Of a stretch of 64,000 nucleotides of DNA, positions 38,361-50,192 are shown piece by piece. The stretch comes from Syntrophorhabdaceae bacterium (GTDB taxonomy: Bacteria; Desulfobacterota; Syntrophorhabdia; Syntrophorhabdales; Syntrophorhabdaceae). The stretch spans positions 96,001 to 160,000 of the forward strand of contig CAXXUO010000009.1 in the NCBI GenBank assembly GCA_963666485.2. The letters are read 5' to 3'. Within the stretch, counting starts at the first letter, position 1; every line of letters begins with the position of its first letter. The notes under the pieces are model-generated. The model had not been told where the DNA came from, did not search any database, and saw only the letters and a list, made by a program, of their open reading frames with translations. The position numbers and the translations under genes are program-made.

Positions 38361-39361
38361 TCCTCTCTTCCTTCGAGCATTTCGATGAACGCCTCGATGC
38401 GGTTCTTCGTTCTCGTATCGAGGGTACGCGGCAGGTCGCCCTCGATCGTCAGGATCGGGACCGGGATCGTGTCCCGCAGGATAAGGTCCTCGATCGCACG
38501 AAAGCAGAAAGACTGAATATAATGGATGACCCCTTTGATCCCGCGCCGCTCGATCTCTTTGCCTATATCTTCCAGACGGGCAAAAATACCGTACGGGTAC
38601 GTGTAGAGAAGATACCGCTCGACCAGGTCCCGGGTATGGTACGGGAGCGCAAACTGCCTTTGTGTCTCGTTATAGACGACATGGCCGCCGACCTCTTCGA
38701 TAAATTCATACAACCCGTCTATAATGGGCGGTACCCCTATGTAGCCAAGGGGTATTCCTTCGAGCCTTTCACGTTTTCGCGCCTCCGTGATAAATCCTGC
38801 GGCGGCGTCGGAATATTCGATTATATTGCCGAGCATGTCCGATGAACGCACGAGCCAGAGATGGTTCTCGGCGCCTGTCACGTTCCGCTCGCTCCAGGTC
38901 ATCATGTCGATCTCTTCGAGGTAGGACCGTGCCACCGTCAACTCTTTTTCCACCCTCAGGCTCGATCCCCTGTCCGGTGAAAGCTCTTTCTTCAGCTTCT
39001 CGATCTCCCGTGCCAAAACTCTCTCGTCGCGATCGTACGGGAAAGAAAAAGGGATCGTCCGGATACCCTTGTAGCGAAGGATCTCGGCAAGTGCCTGCGT
39101 ATTGCTGCAATCGCCCTCCATGACCGTGATCACGGCGGCCATCTCATGTTCCATGATAACGCCATAGATCCCCTTGATCCACGTGCAGATGCTGTGCGGG
39201 AAACCGTCACGTTCCGCCCGGTCGACAAAATGCTGGGGGTCGGGGTCTTTCATGAAGATATTGTTGAGGTCGCAGGGGGTATAGCCGGCGGCGAAGATGA
39301 TCTCGACAGGTATGGTCGTCGTAAAACCAACAACCCCTTTTCCCGGTGCTGGTGTCATCAT
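38357..39361 (-). CDS. 2-hydroxyacyl-CoA dehydratase family protein
   Basis: GFTTTIPVE, CTWIKG, GDCS, QSFCFR, RIEAFIEML. Confidence 0.8.
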   Translation of the reverse strand: MMTPAPGKGVVGFTTTIPVEIIFAAGYTPCDLNNIFMKDPDPQHFVDRAERDGFPHSICTWIKGIYGVIMEHEMAAVITVMEGDCSNTQALAEILRYKGIRTIPFSFPYDRDERVLAREIEKLKKELSPDRGSSLRVEKELTVARSYLEEIDMMTWSERNVTGAENHLWLVRSSDMLGNIIEYSDAAAGFITEARKRERLEGIPLGYIGVPPIIDGLYEFIEEVGGHVVYNETQRQFALPYHTRDLVERYLLYTYPYGIFARLEDIGKEIERRGIKGVIHYIQSFCFRAIEDLILRDTIPVPILTIEGDLPRTLDTRTKNRIEAFIEMLEGRED

Positions 39362-39432
39362 AGTTCTAAAGATAATACTTTTTTCCGTAATGTTGCAACA
39401 TTGCGTTACAGGTCGCATCAGCCTGAAAGACC

Positions 39433-39716
39433 TCTCTCGCCCGTTCGTCGCTAAAGCTCCTCTCTCGAGTTCGCGGAGTTCGCGGAGAAAGGCGGAGGCC
39501 GCGGGAGCCCGGAGCCTTACCAGGCTCCCGCGGCACTTCGATCCTGCCCTTCAGGCAGGATGGACCGCTTGGTCTATTAATATGTTTTTTTTCTTTTCCT
39601 CGGCGAAGCCGACGAAAGTGCCGGCTGGTCGTGGTCGGCTCCGCGACCAGCCGGCAAAGTCTTTTCCTTCGCAATTCTCTGTGTTCTCTGTGAGCTCGAG
39701 CGAAGCGGGCGAGAGA
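39433..39716. repeat. ~280-bp structured palindromic element, copy 2
   Basis: Same hairpins and right end as 29827-30104; left arm and central spacer differ. Confidence 0.85.
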
Positions 39717-39723
39717 ATGTCTT

Positions 39724-40857
39724 TTATCGAAATTTCTTTTTCGCCAGGTTCTTGTCGCTGTATCGCGGATCGTCGGTGACTTTTTTCCCGATGGTGATGA
39801 AGGCGGGGATATCGGGCTGGCCCTTACTGCCGGGGCCCGGTGACTCGGCGCGCAGTATGATGAGGCCCTTGTGTTTTCCGTTATACACATCGATCTCGTA
39901 ATACCTGTTGTTCCAGAGAAAACAGATCCGGTCCTTTGACAGGGCCTGCATATTCCGGTCTTTCAGGCCCGCGAGCCTCGTGTACTCGTGTTCAGGTATG
40001 AGCTCTTCCTCTTCGACAGGCTGGTTATCGCCTGCGGTCCTCGTGCGCGCCAGGAAATAGAAATTCATCCCGTCCTGCCCGCGCCTGCGTATCCGGATCT
40101 GTGCCCCTTTCTCTTTTGTACGCAGGTAGATCTGCTCGATATCGAGCCGCTGGTGGGGAGGAAGGCCCGACATATCGATGTCGCGGACCAGGTACTTTTC
40201 CTGTATGGGGGGGACATCGGGTATGCCGACCATCGCGGCGAGCGCGGAGAACGTCCGGCGCATCTTTGCCTCGAAGTCGGTGCTGTTGTCGATGATCTTG
40301 AAGCGCGGGTGGCCAAGCCAGCTCTCCTGGGTCCTCAGGTCGATCCTCAAGGCCTCCTCAGCCGTTTCGAGGCGGGCGGAATTGTTCTCGCCCGTGTAAT
40401 AATCCGGCGCCCCGTCGGCCGCGGTCACGAGGTGAATGATGCCGTCGTACCTGTGGCGGATCGCAGCCCGCGTCATGCTTTTTTTCTTCAGGATACTGTT
40501 AAAGACATCGTCGGTCAGAAATGCCCGGATATCCATGATGCCCCTGTCAAGCAGTATCACCTTCCGGCGTTCGGGAAATATGCGGGAGACTGCCTGTTTG
40601 TACGTGTCCTCGAACGAGATCTGCATATCGAAGATCGCCTCTTCGAAGACGACGATCTGTCCCGGCTTGTCCATCTTGCGCCGGTCGATCCCGTTCCCCG
40701 TAATAAGCGTCGCCGTCTCCGGCACGACAAACACCATGAACCCATGGTCGGAAAGCCTCTCCGTCAGGTACGCCAGCGAAGAGCTCTTCCCGGAGCACGG
40801 CCCCCCGGTAAGGACGATCATGGAAACGGGATTGAGTAAGCGGGATGAATCCGGCAT
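39724..40857 (-). CDS. AAA_28-type NTP kinase-like domain + CYTH-like domain
   Basis: LTGGPCSGKS, VPETAT, LDRG, HLVTAADGA; EKYLV..QIYL..RIRRR..YEIDVY. Confidence 0.75.
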   Translation of the reverse strand: MPDSSRLLNPVSMIVLTGGPCSGKSSSLAYLTERLSDHGFMVFVVPETATLITGNGIDRRKMDKPGQIVVFEEAIFDMQISFEDTYKQAVSRIFPERRKVILLDRGIMDIRAFLTDDVFNSILKKKSMTRAAIRHRYDGIIHLVTAADGAPDYYTGENNSARLETAEEALRIDLRTQESWLGHPRFKIIDNSTDFEAKMRRTFSALAAMVGIPDVPPIQEKYLVRDIDMSGLPPHQRLDIEQIYLRTKEKGAQIRIRRRGQDGMNFYFLARTRTAGDNQPVEEEELIPEHEYTRLAGLKDRNMQALSKDRICFLWNNRYYEIDVYNGKHKGLIILRAESPGPGSKGQPDIPAFITIGKKVTDDPRYSDKNLAKKKFR

Positions 40858-40873
40858 AGAACTCCGTAAAAAC

Positions 40874-40959
40874 TGGTTCAAGGTTCAAAGTTTGACGCCG
40901 AACCTTAAACGTTTCTTCGTTTTTTTACTTTGAACCTTGAACTTTGAACCTTGAACCGT
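40874..40959. repeat. Second inverted 7-mer GTTCAA(A/G) array
   Basis: GGTTCAAGGTTCAAAGTTTG ... CTTTGAACCTTGAACTTTGAACCTTGAACC right after thiH stop. Confidence 0.75.
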
Positions 40960-40962
40960 CTT

Positions 40963-42012
40963 TCAGCTGTTTACAATATTTCTCCAATCCGTCACCACCG
41001 GATCGAAGCCTTTCGCTGTGAGCATTGCCTTGACCTCATCGAAGGTCCGCGGGTCGAAGACCTGGAACTGGCCGTCGTCGTACTCGGACTTGTCGATGTA
41101 TCCGCCGACGCGGGTCGAAGACCCGGCCGACATCTTCGTCACGCCGAACTCGAAGATGCGGTCCCGGAATTCGGGCGTCTCCCGTGTCGAGAGGCTTATC
41201 CCGGCCCGGGGGAAGAACAATCGCGCCGCGCACATGATCTTCAGCATCTCCCTGTCGGTAACCTCAATGTAATTATGCTCGTCGTCGACGACACGCCTCA
41301 AGCGCGGGAACGCGAGGCCAAACTCGACGCCCGGGTACTTTCTCTCGAGGTTCCTGATATGCTGGAAAAGGGCGATGATGTCCTGCCGCCAATCGGTGAG
41401 GCCAAGGAGGACCCCCATCGATATGTGGCGCATCCCCGAACGCGCGATGCGGTCCGGGGCCTCGACACGGTAGTCATAGACCTTCTTCGGCCCGGCAAGG
41501 TGAAGCTCGTCATAGCGGGCCCGGTCATACGTTTCCTGGTAGAGTGTCACCCCGTCAACCCCCGCGAGGTAAAGCTCGCGGTACTCATTCTCTTCGAGGG
41601 GATAGACCTCGACGGCGACGTAGGGGAAATGGCGGCCGGCGATGATGCAGGCGTCCCGGATATACTGCGGCGAAGAATGGAAGCGCGACTCTCCCGTCAG
41701 GATGAGGCAGCTGCGGATCCCGGTCGCGGCGAGCGCGGCGCATTCCCTGTCTATCTCGTCCATCGTGAGCTTGCTGCGCGGAATTATCTTTGACGACGCG
41801 TGGAAACCGCAATAGACGCATTCATTCTGGCAATAATTGGCTATGTAGAGGGGGGCATACAGGCTGATCGTCCGCCCGAACTGGCGCCGCGTCAGCTCGC
41901 GCGCCGCATACGCCATTTCTTCGAGCAGGCCCCTGTCGTCATACGAAAAAATGCGGCGAATGTCACCGATCGTCAGATGCTCGAGGTCAATTCCGGACAA
42001 ACCTTTATTCAT
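40963..42012 (-). CDS. thiH: 2-iminoacetate synthase
   Basis: [29 protein letters not shown]; follows thiG. Confidence 0.92.
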   Translation of the reverse strand: MNKGLSGIDLEHLTIGDIRRIFSYDDRGLLEEMAYAARELTRRQFGRTISLYAPLYIANYCQNECVYCGFHASSKIIPRSKLTMDEIDRECAALAATGIRSCLILTGESRFHSSPQYIRDACIIAGRHFPYVAVEVYPLEENEYRELYLAGVDGVTLYQETYDRARYDELHLAGPKKVYDYRVEAPDRIARSGMRHISMGVLLGLTDWRQDIIALFQHIRNLERKYPGVEFGLAFPRLRRVVDDEHNYIEVTDREMLKIMCAARLFFPRAGISLSTRETPEFRDRIFEFGVTKMSAGSSTRVGGYIDKSEYDDGQFQVFDPRTFDEVKAMLTAKGFDPVVTDWRNIVNS

Positions 42013-42781
42013 CGTAGAGGAACCCCGTGAGCGGCGATGAAGCGCGTGCTATCGACCTTTCTTTTCCCATTTTTGCGAGATACGCCATCCTGCCTGCTTC
42101 AACACCCCGCGCGAATGCCATCGCCATGAGCGGCGGGTCCTCGGCGTCCGCGACGGCGGTATTGGCAAGCACCGCGTCCGCGCCTATCTCCATTGCCTCG
42201 GCGGCATGGGACGGCCTGCCAATTCCCGCATCGACCACGATCGGGACCTCGTTGATCTCTTCTATGAGAACTTCGATAAGAGCCCTCATCCTGAGGCCCT
42301 GGTTGGACCCGATAAGGGAGCCGAGCGGCATGACCGCCGCCGCCCCGGCGTCTACCAGCTCCTTCGCGACATACAGGTCGGGGTTCATGTACGGCAGGAC
42401 GGTAAAACCCTCGGCGGACAATATCTTCGTCGCCTTTACCGTCTCCCGGTTGTCGGGCAGGAGGTACCGGCTGTCATTGATCACCTCGATCTTGATCCAG
42501 TCGCCGTACCCGGCCTCCCGGGCGATGCGGGCTATCCTGACCGCCTCGTCCGAATTTCTTGCACCCGACGTGTTCACCATGATGGTGGTCCCCTCAGGAA
42601 TGAAGGAGAGGATGTTCTCATCCGTGTCTTCGAGGTCTATCCTGCGCAGGGCGACCGTCACGAGCTGAGAGCCCGAGGTCAGGATCGCCTGTTTCATCGC
42701 CTCCTTGTTCCCGAACTTCCCGGTGCCGAGGAAAAAACGGCTTGTAAATTCCCTGCCGGCGATCAAGAGTTTATCTTCCAT
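42005..42781 (-). CDS. thiG: Thiazole synthase
   Basis: LGTGKF, TVALRR, NTSGA, WIKIEV, DAGIG. Confidence 0.96.
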   Translation of the reverse strand: MEDKLLIAGREFTSRFFLGTGKFGNKEAMKQAILTSGSQLVTVALRRIDLEDTDENILSFIPEGTTIMVNTSGARNSDEAVRIARIAREAGYGDWIKIEVINDSRYLLPDNRETVKATKILSAEGFTVLPYMNPDLYVAKELVDAGAAAVMPLGSLIGSNQGLRMRALIEVLIEEINEVPIVVDAGIGRPSHAAEAMEIGADAVLANTAVADAEDPPLMAMAFARGVEAGRMAYLAKMGKERSIARASSPLTGFLYDE

Positions 42782-42782
42782 G

Positions 42783-42983
42783 TCAGCCCCCTCCCACAAA
42801 GGACACCATCTCTATGCGGTCTCCATCGGTGAGGACCGTCAAAGGCCACTGGTCGCTTTTCACGACGCCATCGTTAAGGACAAGGATCACCCGCTCGGGG
42901 TTCGCCCTGCCTGAATAGACGAGCCGGTGGAGGTCCATGCCTTCCGCAATCTCCGTCTGCCTGCCGTTCACTGTGATCTTCAT
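42783..42983 (-). CDS. thiS: Sulfur carrier ThiS
   Basis: [21 protein letters not shown]. Confidence 0.95.
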   Translation of the reverse strand: MKITVNGRQTEIAEGMDLHRLVYSGRANPERVILVLNDGVVKSDQWPLTVLTDGDRIEMVSFVGGG

Positions 42984-43573
42984 TGTGCTGCCTTCCTGAT
43001 ACGTTTCAATAATGCCGGCGCGTCGGTGCATGCCCGTACGACGCCGATCGTTTTTGCCCCTGCCTCGAGGACATCGTCGATATTCGTAAGGTCGATGCCG
43101 CCGATCGCGACTGCCGGTATGTCGAGGTTCTGCGCCGCTTCCCTGACGTACGCAAGGCCGACCGCGGGCCTGCCCGGCTTTGTCGGCGTCGGGTAGACGG
43201 GGCCGGTCGAAATGTAATCCGCTCCGTCCGCGATCGCCTGCCTGCCCTGTTCGAGATTATGCGTTGTCTTGCCGATGATCATATCGCTGCCGACGATCGC
43301 GCGCGCGTCCTTCGTCGACATATCCTGCCCGATGTGGACCCCGTCCGCCCCCGCTTTTACTGCGAGCCGCGCGTCATCGTTCAGGATGAAGATAAAATCC
43401 CTGACCTTTTTGTATTCCACGATCTCGCGCGCCTTCTCGAGAACGGCACTTTCGTCGCCCGTCTTGTCGCGCAACTGCACGATCGCGGCCCCATCGTCAA
43501 CCGCCTGCTTTAAGTCGTCCACGGACGCAGAAATGACATAAAGGTCATTTCTGAATGGTAATCTTCGCGTCAT
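42980..43573 (-). CDS. thiE: Thiamine phosphate synthase
   Basis: VQLRDK, LNDD, DGVHIGQD, PTPTK, AIGGI. Confidence 0.95.
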   Translation of the reverse strand: MTRRLPFRNDLYVISASVDDLKQAVDDGAAIVQLRDKTGDESAVLEKAREIVEYKKVRDFIFILNDDARLAVKAGADGVHIGQDMSTKDARAIVGSDMIIGKTTHNLEQGRQAIADGADYISTGPVYPTPTKPGRPAVGLAYVREAAQNLDIPAVAIGGIDLTNIDDVLEAGAKTIGVVRACTDAPALLKRIRKAAQ

Positions 43574-43643
43574 TTCTGCTATTAAATTACATCAAAATGG
43601 CTGACAAGTCCAAGATTCTCTGACACATCGCCGAAAGAGCCTT

Positions 43644-44081
43644 TCAGCCGCCGGAAAGCATCATGAAGCGCGGGCATTCCTGGAGCTCCGCTTCCTTATG
43701 GCCTTTTTCTTCCTTGTAACACAAGATATCGACCAGGTTATTGTAGCTCTTCACGTGCCAGCCGTCGATCAGCCTCATGACCGTCGGGTCGCCCCAATCC
43801 CAGGTCTTTGCCTCCGTAATCTCGCATACCCTCGATCTCCTGTTCTCGAGGTTCAGCACCCTGAGCACCAGTTTCGGCGCGCCGTTCGACCCGGCCTTGC
43901 CGGCCCAGGGGTCCAGGTACTCGTTCACCGCCTTGAAGTACTGTGAGATGCGGTCATTCTGTTTTTCGGAATGGTCCTGCAGGACAATGTGGCGGTGCCG
44001 CCCCCTGTACACGCCGCATTCCGTGCACCTCTCATGTGTAAAGGGACATGTTGCGAGACATGCTTTCGATTCTTCTGCCAT
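43644..44081 (-). CDS. Hypothetical protein with N-terminal Cys/His cluster and C-terminal GG
   Basis: CLATCPFTHERCTECGVYRGRH; ends MMLSGG; AAGGAG RBS. Confidence 0.7.
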   Translation of the reverse strand: MAEESKACLATCPFTHERCTECGVYRGRHRHIVLQDHSEKQNDRISQYFKAVNEYLDPWAGKAGSNGAPKLVLRVLNLENRRSRVCEITEAKTWDWGDPTVMRLIDGWHVKSYNNLVDILCYKEEKGHKEAELQECPRFMMLSGG

Positions 44082-44123
44082 ACGTCTACTCCTTCGAAAG
44101 TTTTTTATCTTTTATATTCATAT

Positions 44124-45293
44124 TCAGTGGCATACGCCTCCTGGCAATCCGCCTTCCTTCAATTCCCTGATAGTCGGGTTCGTGCCGCACAACGGGCATT
44201 CGGGGTTCCTCGTGACCTCGATCGTCTTATGGAATGCCTCCAACGCGTTGTAAACATAGAATTTTCCGATCATCGGCTTGCCGAGGCCTGCCGCGACCTT
44301 CAGTGCTTCAACCGCCTGTATCAGGCCTATTTGACCCGGGACGACCCCCAGGACGCCTGCGTCGCTTCAGGTAGGGACGAGGTGCTCCGGCGGCGGCTCC
44401 GGGAACATGCACCGCAAGCACGGCCCGCCCGATGCCGGGTGAAAAACGCCGGCCTGTCCGTCAAACGCGACGGCGCCCCCGAAAATGTAGGGCTTGCCTG
44501 TAAAAAAACAGGCGTCGTTAAGGAGGAATTTCGTATTGATGCTGTCCGTCCCGTCAATGACGATATCGAACCCTTCGATAATCCGATATACGTTTCCCGC
44601 ATCGACCCGCTCATTGAACAGGACGGTCTTTATATGGGGATTGAGCCGCCTTATGCCTTCTTCGGCGGATTCTGTCTTCAACCTTCCCACGTTTTCCGAC
44701 AAATGGAGGACCTGGCGGTTAAGGTTCGAGATCTCCACCCGGTCAAAATCGGCTATGCCTATCGTTCCCACCCCGCATGCTGCGAGATAGAGCAGTGCCG
44801 GGCACCCGAGCCCGCCGGCCCCGACGACAAGCATCTTCGCGCGGGAGAGCCTGCGCTGCCCGTCCTCGCCCATCCCCTTGAGGATGATATGCCTGCTGTA
44901 GCGCTCGTATTCATCCTGGCTGAAAAAACCCGCTTCATTGACAACCGGGAAGCCCCTCTGGGCCCACGCCGATATGCCCCCGGTCAGCGAGTAAAGGTTC
45001 CGGTAGCCCATCCTCTCGAGCTTCGACAAAGCTTTCAGCGACCTCACACCAATGGCGCAGTACACGATAATAGGCCTTGCGCGATCGTCAGGAAGTTTGC
45101 CTTCGCTCCCTTCGATCTCATCGAGAGGAATATGGACCGCGCCTTTCAGGCAGCCGCGCGTCGTCTCCCATTTCTCACGGACGTCGATAATGACAGGAGG
45201 GTCGGATGATTCGGCAAGGCGCCGGGTCTCTTCGGGAGAAATTTCGCCCCTGTTTGCCGGCCCGCCGCTATTCCTCGAATTGCTGTCTTTCAT
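44124..45293 (-). CDS. moeB: Rhodanese-MoeB/ThiF adenylyltransferase with in-frame UGA (probable selenocysteine, 389 aa)
   Basis: Rhodanese CAIGVRS; RYSRH, GAGGLG, SNLNRQ, CLRC; TGA at 44367-44369 in VPT-U-SDAGVLG; frame continues to CPLC and stop at 44124. Confidence 0.85.
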
Positions 45294-45297
45294 AGCT

Positions 45298-45936
45298 TTA
45301 ACCTCGCTTTGTGTCCGCTTTTGCGCTCAGGCAGAACACCGCCGTTCGTGCCAGAAGGTTCGGAAACAGGGCCGCCGGCCGCCTTGCCCCCGCGTAGCGA
45401 GCGTCTTCGATCCGCACCCTGCGCGCCCGGCAATACCGCACAAAATCATCGATACTCAGGAAATGCAGGTTCGGCGTGTCGTACCACTCATGGGGCAGTG
45501 CCGGCGTGACGGGCGCCCGGCCCCGGAAAAATATCTGGAACCGTGAGGAGACATGCGCAAAGTTGGGTATACCGACAATGACTTTCCCGCCCACTCTCAA
45601 GGCCTCCTTAAGTACGGTATCCGGATTCTTGACCTGCTGGAACGACTGGTTCAGGATCACGTAGTCGAAGGAGTTGTCGCCATATTCGGCCAGGCCCGAG
45701 TCTATATCGTCATGGAAGACGCTGAGCCCTTTCACGACGCATTCGAAAATGGCGTGGCTGTCGATCTCAATGCCCTGCCCCCTGACACCTTTTCGCCGCA
45801 CGAGAAGGCCCAATAATTCACCCGTGCCGCACCCCAGGTCGAGGACGGTGGAACCCGGTTTCACCATATCGACGATTAGCCGGTGGTCGATCCGGCCGCC
45901 GCCGTTCAAATTTTCATGCGGCCCGTCTGCCATCAT
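45298..45936 (-). CDS. metW: Methionine biosynthesis protein MetW
   Basis: [29 protein letters not shown]; follows metX. Confidence 0.9.
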   Translation of the reverse strand: MMADGPHENLNGGGRIDHRLIVDMVKPGSTVLDLGCGTGELLGLLVRRKGVRGQGIEIDSHAIFECVVKGLSVFHDDIDSGLAEYGDNSFDYVILNQSFQQVKNPDTVLKEALRVGGKVIVGIPNFAHVSSRFQIFFRGRAPVTPALPHEWYDTPNLHFLSIDDFVRYCRARRVRIEDARYAGARRPAALFPNLLARTAVFCLSAKADTKRG

Positions 45937-47080
45937 AAACCTTCTTCAAGAAATGCGTGTACAAATACGTCTGCTCGTCAAACTCCACGAGAAACGCGTC
46001 GTGCCCGTAATGTGACGTCAATTCGCAGTATGTTGCGTCCGCGCCGGCCATCTTGCAGGCCTTCACGATCTGCTGCGACTGGTACGGAGGGTACAGCCAA
46101 TCGGACGAAAAGGCGATGATAAGGAGCTTGGTTCCTACGCCTTCCAGGAGCTTATGCAAGGGTTTGCCGTTCGCCGCGGCAAAGCTGTCAACCGCCTTTG
46201 TTATATACAGGTATGAGTTCGGATCGAAGCGGTTGATGAAGTTATACCCCCGGTAATGCAGGTACCCTTCCACCTCGAATTCCGGGCTGAATTTGAACGG
46301 CTGTTTTTTGTCCTTCACGCGCCGGCCGAACTTCTCGTTCATCGAATCGTCGCTCATGTACGTGATATGGCCGATCATCCGCGCGACGCTCAGGCCCTTG
46401 TCGGGAAGATCGAGGCCGTAATAATCCCCGTTGTTCCAGTTGGGGTCCGCCATGATCGCCTGCCTTCCCACCTCGTTGAAGGCTATCTGCTGGGGAGTGT
46501 GCTCCGCGGTCGTCGCGATAAGGATGGCCGATGCCACATTTTCCGGGTACGACACGACCCACTGAAGGGCCTGCATCCCACCCATGGACCCGCCTGCCAC
46601 CCCAAGGAGCCTGTCTATCCCGAGATGGTCGAGAAGCCGCTTCTGGGCGTTGACCATGTCCTTGATGGTGACCACGGGGAATTCGAGACCGTACGGCCTT
46701 CCCGTGAGCGGGTTTTCCGAGGAGGGCCCCGTCGAGCCCCTGCACCCGCCCAGGATATTGCTGCAGATAACGAAATAACGGTCCGTATCGAAGGCACGGC
46801 CCGGACCGATCATATCATCCCACCAGCCGGGATTTGTATCGCCTTCATGATAACCGGCCGCATGTGCATCGCCCGTCAGCGCATGGAGGATGAGAATAGC
46901 ATTCGAGGCTTGTGCATCGAGCCTGCCGTACGTCTCGTATGCGAGAGTGACAGGCCCGATGCTTTCTCCGGATTCCAGTATAAACGGCGCAGGAAAGTGA
47001 CCAAAGGTAAAGGACTGTGCTCTTGCCGGCCCGATACCATCGTGCTGACCTGCTTCAACTTTCTCTGCCCTGAGGTTCAT
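45914..47080 (-). CDS. metX: Homoserine O-acetyltransferase
   Basis: [26 protein letters not shown]. Confidence 0.95.
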   Translation of the reverse strand: MNLRAEKVEAGQHDGIGPARAQSFTFGHFPAPFILESGESIGPVTLAYETYGRLDAQASNAILILHALTGDAHAAGYHEGDTNPGWWDDMIGPGRAFDTDRYFVICSNILGGCRGSTGPSSENPLTGRPYGLEFPVVTIKDMVNAQKRLLDHLGIDRLLGVAGGSMGGMQALQWVVSYPENVASAILIATTAEHTPQQIAFNEVGRQAIMADPNWNNGDYYGLDLPDKGLSVARMIGHITYMSDDSMNEKFGRRVKDKKQPFKFSPEFEVEGYLHYRGYNFINRFDPNSYLYITKAVDSFAAANGKPLHKLLEGVGTKLLIIAFSSDWLYPPYQSQQIVKACKMAGADATYCELTSHYGHDAFLVEFDEQTYLYTHFLKKVYDGRRAA

Positions 47081-47096
47081 AAGGCTCCTGTTTTTA

Positions 47097-48416
<1,320 letters not shown>

Positions 48417-48495
48417 TTCGGTCTCCTTTTTTCAGTTTTCTTAAAATCGTAAACGTTTTTCAGGGACTGCCAGGTGAGAGAACCCGCCCGGGGCT

Positions 48496-48942
48496 CTAAA
48501 TGTAGTACATCATAGAGTCTTGCTGCCCTTTGAGCTGCTGCATTTCAACAAGGGTAGCAATTGAATAATCGTTGAGGGTGTTCCGGATAGCGGCGCCCAG
48601 CTTGTTCCAGATCTCACGGGTGACGCACACGCCGGATTTGTCACAAACTGCTGTATTCTGCACGCAGTCAACAAGGGTACAGGGCCCTTCAAGTATGGTG
48701 ATAATATCGAGGATCGTTATCTGATCGGCCGGCCGGTCGAGGAGGTAGCCCCCTTTTCTGCCGCGCTGCGCCTTCACGATGCCGCCTTTGTGGAGGGCCG
48801 AGAATATGTGCTCGAGGTACTTCTCGGAAACGTTCTGCCTTTTCGCGATATCGGAAAGGAACACGGGGGTGCCGTTCGTACCGTGCACCGCGAGGTCTAT
48901 TATCGCCCGCAACCCGTATCTTCCTTTTGTCGATATCTTCAC
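48496..48942 (-). CDS. Rrf2-family regulator (IscR/CymR-like, Cys-containing)
   Basis: STKGRYGLR, YLEHIF, RGRKGGY; C-x6-C-x5-C. Confidence 0.92.
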   Translation of the reverse strand: MKISTKGRYGLRAIIDLAVHGTNGTPVFLSDIAKRQNVSEKYLEHIFSALHKGGIVKAQRGRKGGYLLDRPADQITILDIITILEGPCTLVDCVQNTAVCDKSGVCVTREIWNKLGAAIRNTLNDYSIATLVEMQQLKGQQDSMMYYI

Positions 48943-48949
48943 GTAATCA

Positions 48950-49048
48950 CCTACTAAATTAATGGGAATAGTATAGATATCTTGTTGACATGTGTCAAGA
49001 CGTTTTTTATAATCGTGCGGAAAGTTATTATCCTATCTGTTACGTAGG
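48950..49048. promoter_or_regulatory. Divergent overlapping sigma70 promoters and two putative Rrf2 operators
   Basis: +: TTGACA(48985)-17-TATAAT(49008); -: TTGACA(48998)-17-TATACT(48975); CCTA-N9-TGGG at 48950, CCTA-N9-TAGG at 49032. Confidence 0.75.
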
Positions 49049-49074
49049 CATTTTATGTATTATATTAACCTGGC

Positions 49075-50136
49075 ATGAAAGTCGGCAACGATCACAATAG
49101 AGAAAAACAGGTCATCGGCAAGGATGAGGTTCTGGGGCTCCTCAAAAGCGAGGGTGACGACATCGGCCTGCTGTACGCCCGCGCGGACAGGGTCCGCCAG
49201 GAGCACATGGGGGACGAGGTGTATGTCCGCGGCATTATCGAATTCTCCAACCTGTGCGCGAATGACTGCCTCTATTGCGGCATACGGGCCTCGAATTTCA
49301 ATGTCAACCGCTATTCAATGAGCATCGACGATATCATGCAGACCGTTGGCTCTTTCGAGCGAATGGGGCAGACGACGGTAGTGCTGCAGTCCGGGGAGAC
49401 CCCGGGCTTAAGCGACGAGGATATCGGGAGGCTCATCAGGACGATCAAGTCAGAGACGTCCCTTGCCGTTACGCTCTCCGTCGGCAATCGTTCACGGGAG
49501 GTATACCGGTACTGGAAAGAATGCGGAATGGACAGGTACCTCATCCGTTTCGAGACGACAGACCGGCGGTTGTTCGCCCGCCTGCACCCGGATTGCTCGT
49601 TCGACGAGCGGGTCGCGTGCCTGCATATCCTCAAGGACCTCGGCGTACAGACGGGGAGCGGGTTCATGATCGGCGTCCCGGGCGAGACCCTCGACGTGCT
49701 TGCGGACAACATACTTTTTTGCAGGGAACTCGACCTCGACATGATAGGGATCGGGCCGTACATACCGCATCCCGACACACCTCTTGCCGATGAACCGAAC
49801 GCGTACGCGGGCAGTGAAGAGACCTTCTACAAGGCCGTTGCCGTGCTGCGGCTCGCGAACCCCGATGCCCATATCCCGGCGACCACCGCGTTTGACGCGG
49901 TGTTTCCCGGCGTCGGCAGGAATCTTGCCCTCACGCGCGGGGCCAACATTTTTATGCCGAACAACACGCCGGTCGAGCACAGGAAGGATTATCTCCTCTA
50001 CCCGGGGAAGCCGTGCGTCGATGAGAACGCGGACCAGTGCGTTGCCTGCGTCATGATGCGGATCGAGTCGATCGGGCGAAAAATAGGGGCGGGGCCGGGA
50101 CACTCTTTAAAAAGCGCTAATAAAAGGCTACAATAA
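49075..50136 (+). CDS. hydE: HydE-family radical SAM protein
   Basis: RGIIEFSNLCANDCLYCGIR, VLQSGE, GIGPYIPHPDTP, PATTA, YLLYPGKPC. Confidence 0.8.
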   Translation: MKVGNDHNREKQVIGKDEVLGLLKSEGDDIGLLYARADRVRQEHMGDEVYVRGIIEFSNLCANDCLYCGIRASNFNVNRYSMSIDDIMQTVGSFERMGQTTVVLQSGETPGLSDEDIGRLIRTIKSETSLAVTLSVGNRSREVYRYWKECGMDRYLIRFETTDRRLFARLHPDCSFDERVACLHILKDLGVQTGSGFMIGVPGETLDVLADNILFCRELDLDMIGIGPYIPHPDTPLADEPNAYAGSEETFYKAVAVLRLANPDAHIPATTAFDAVFPGVGRNLALTRGANIFMPNNTPVEHRKDYLLYPGKPCVDENADQCVACVMMRIESIGRKIGAGPGHSLKSANKRLQ

Positions 50137-50192
50137 CCTGTATGCATTCAGGCCGGTACGGCCTGAAATTCACAAAGGGAAAGGAGCACATT

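Noticed and set aside
43574..43643. TPP riboswitch upstream of thiE
   Set aside because: Only 70 nt and no CTGAGA core seen
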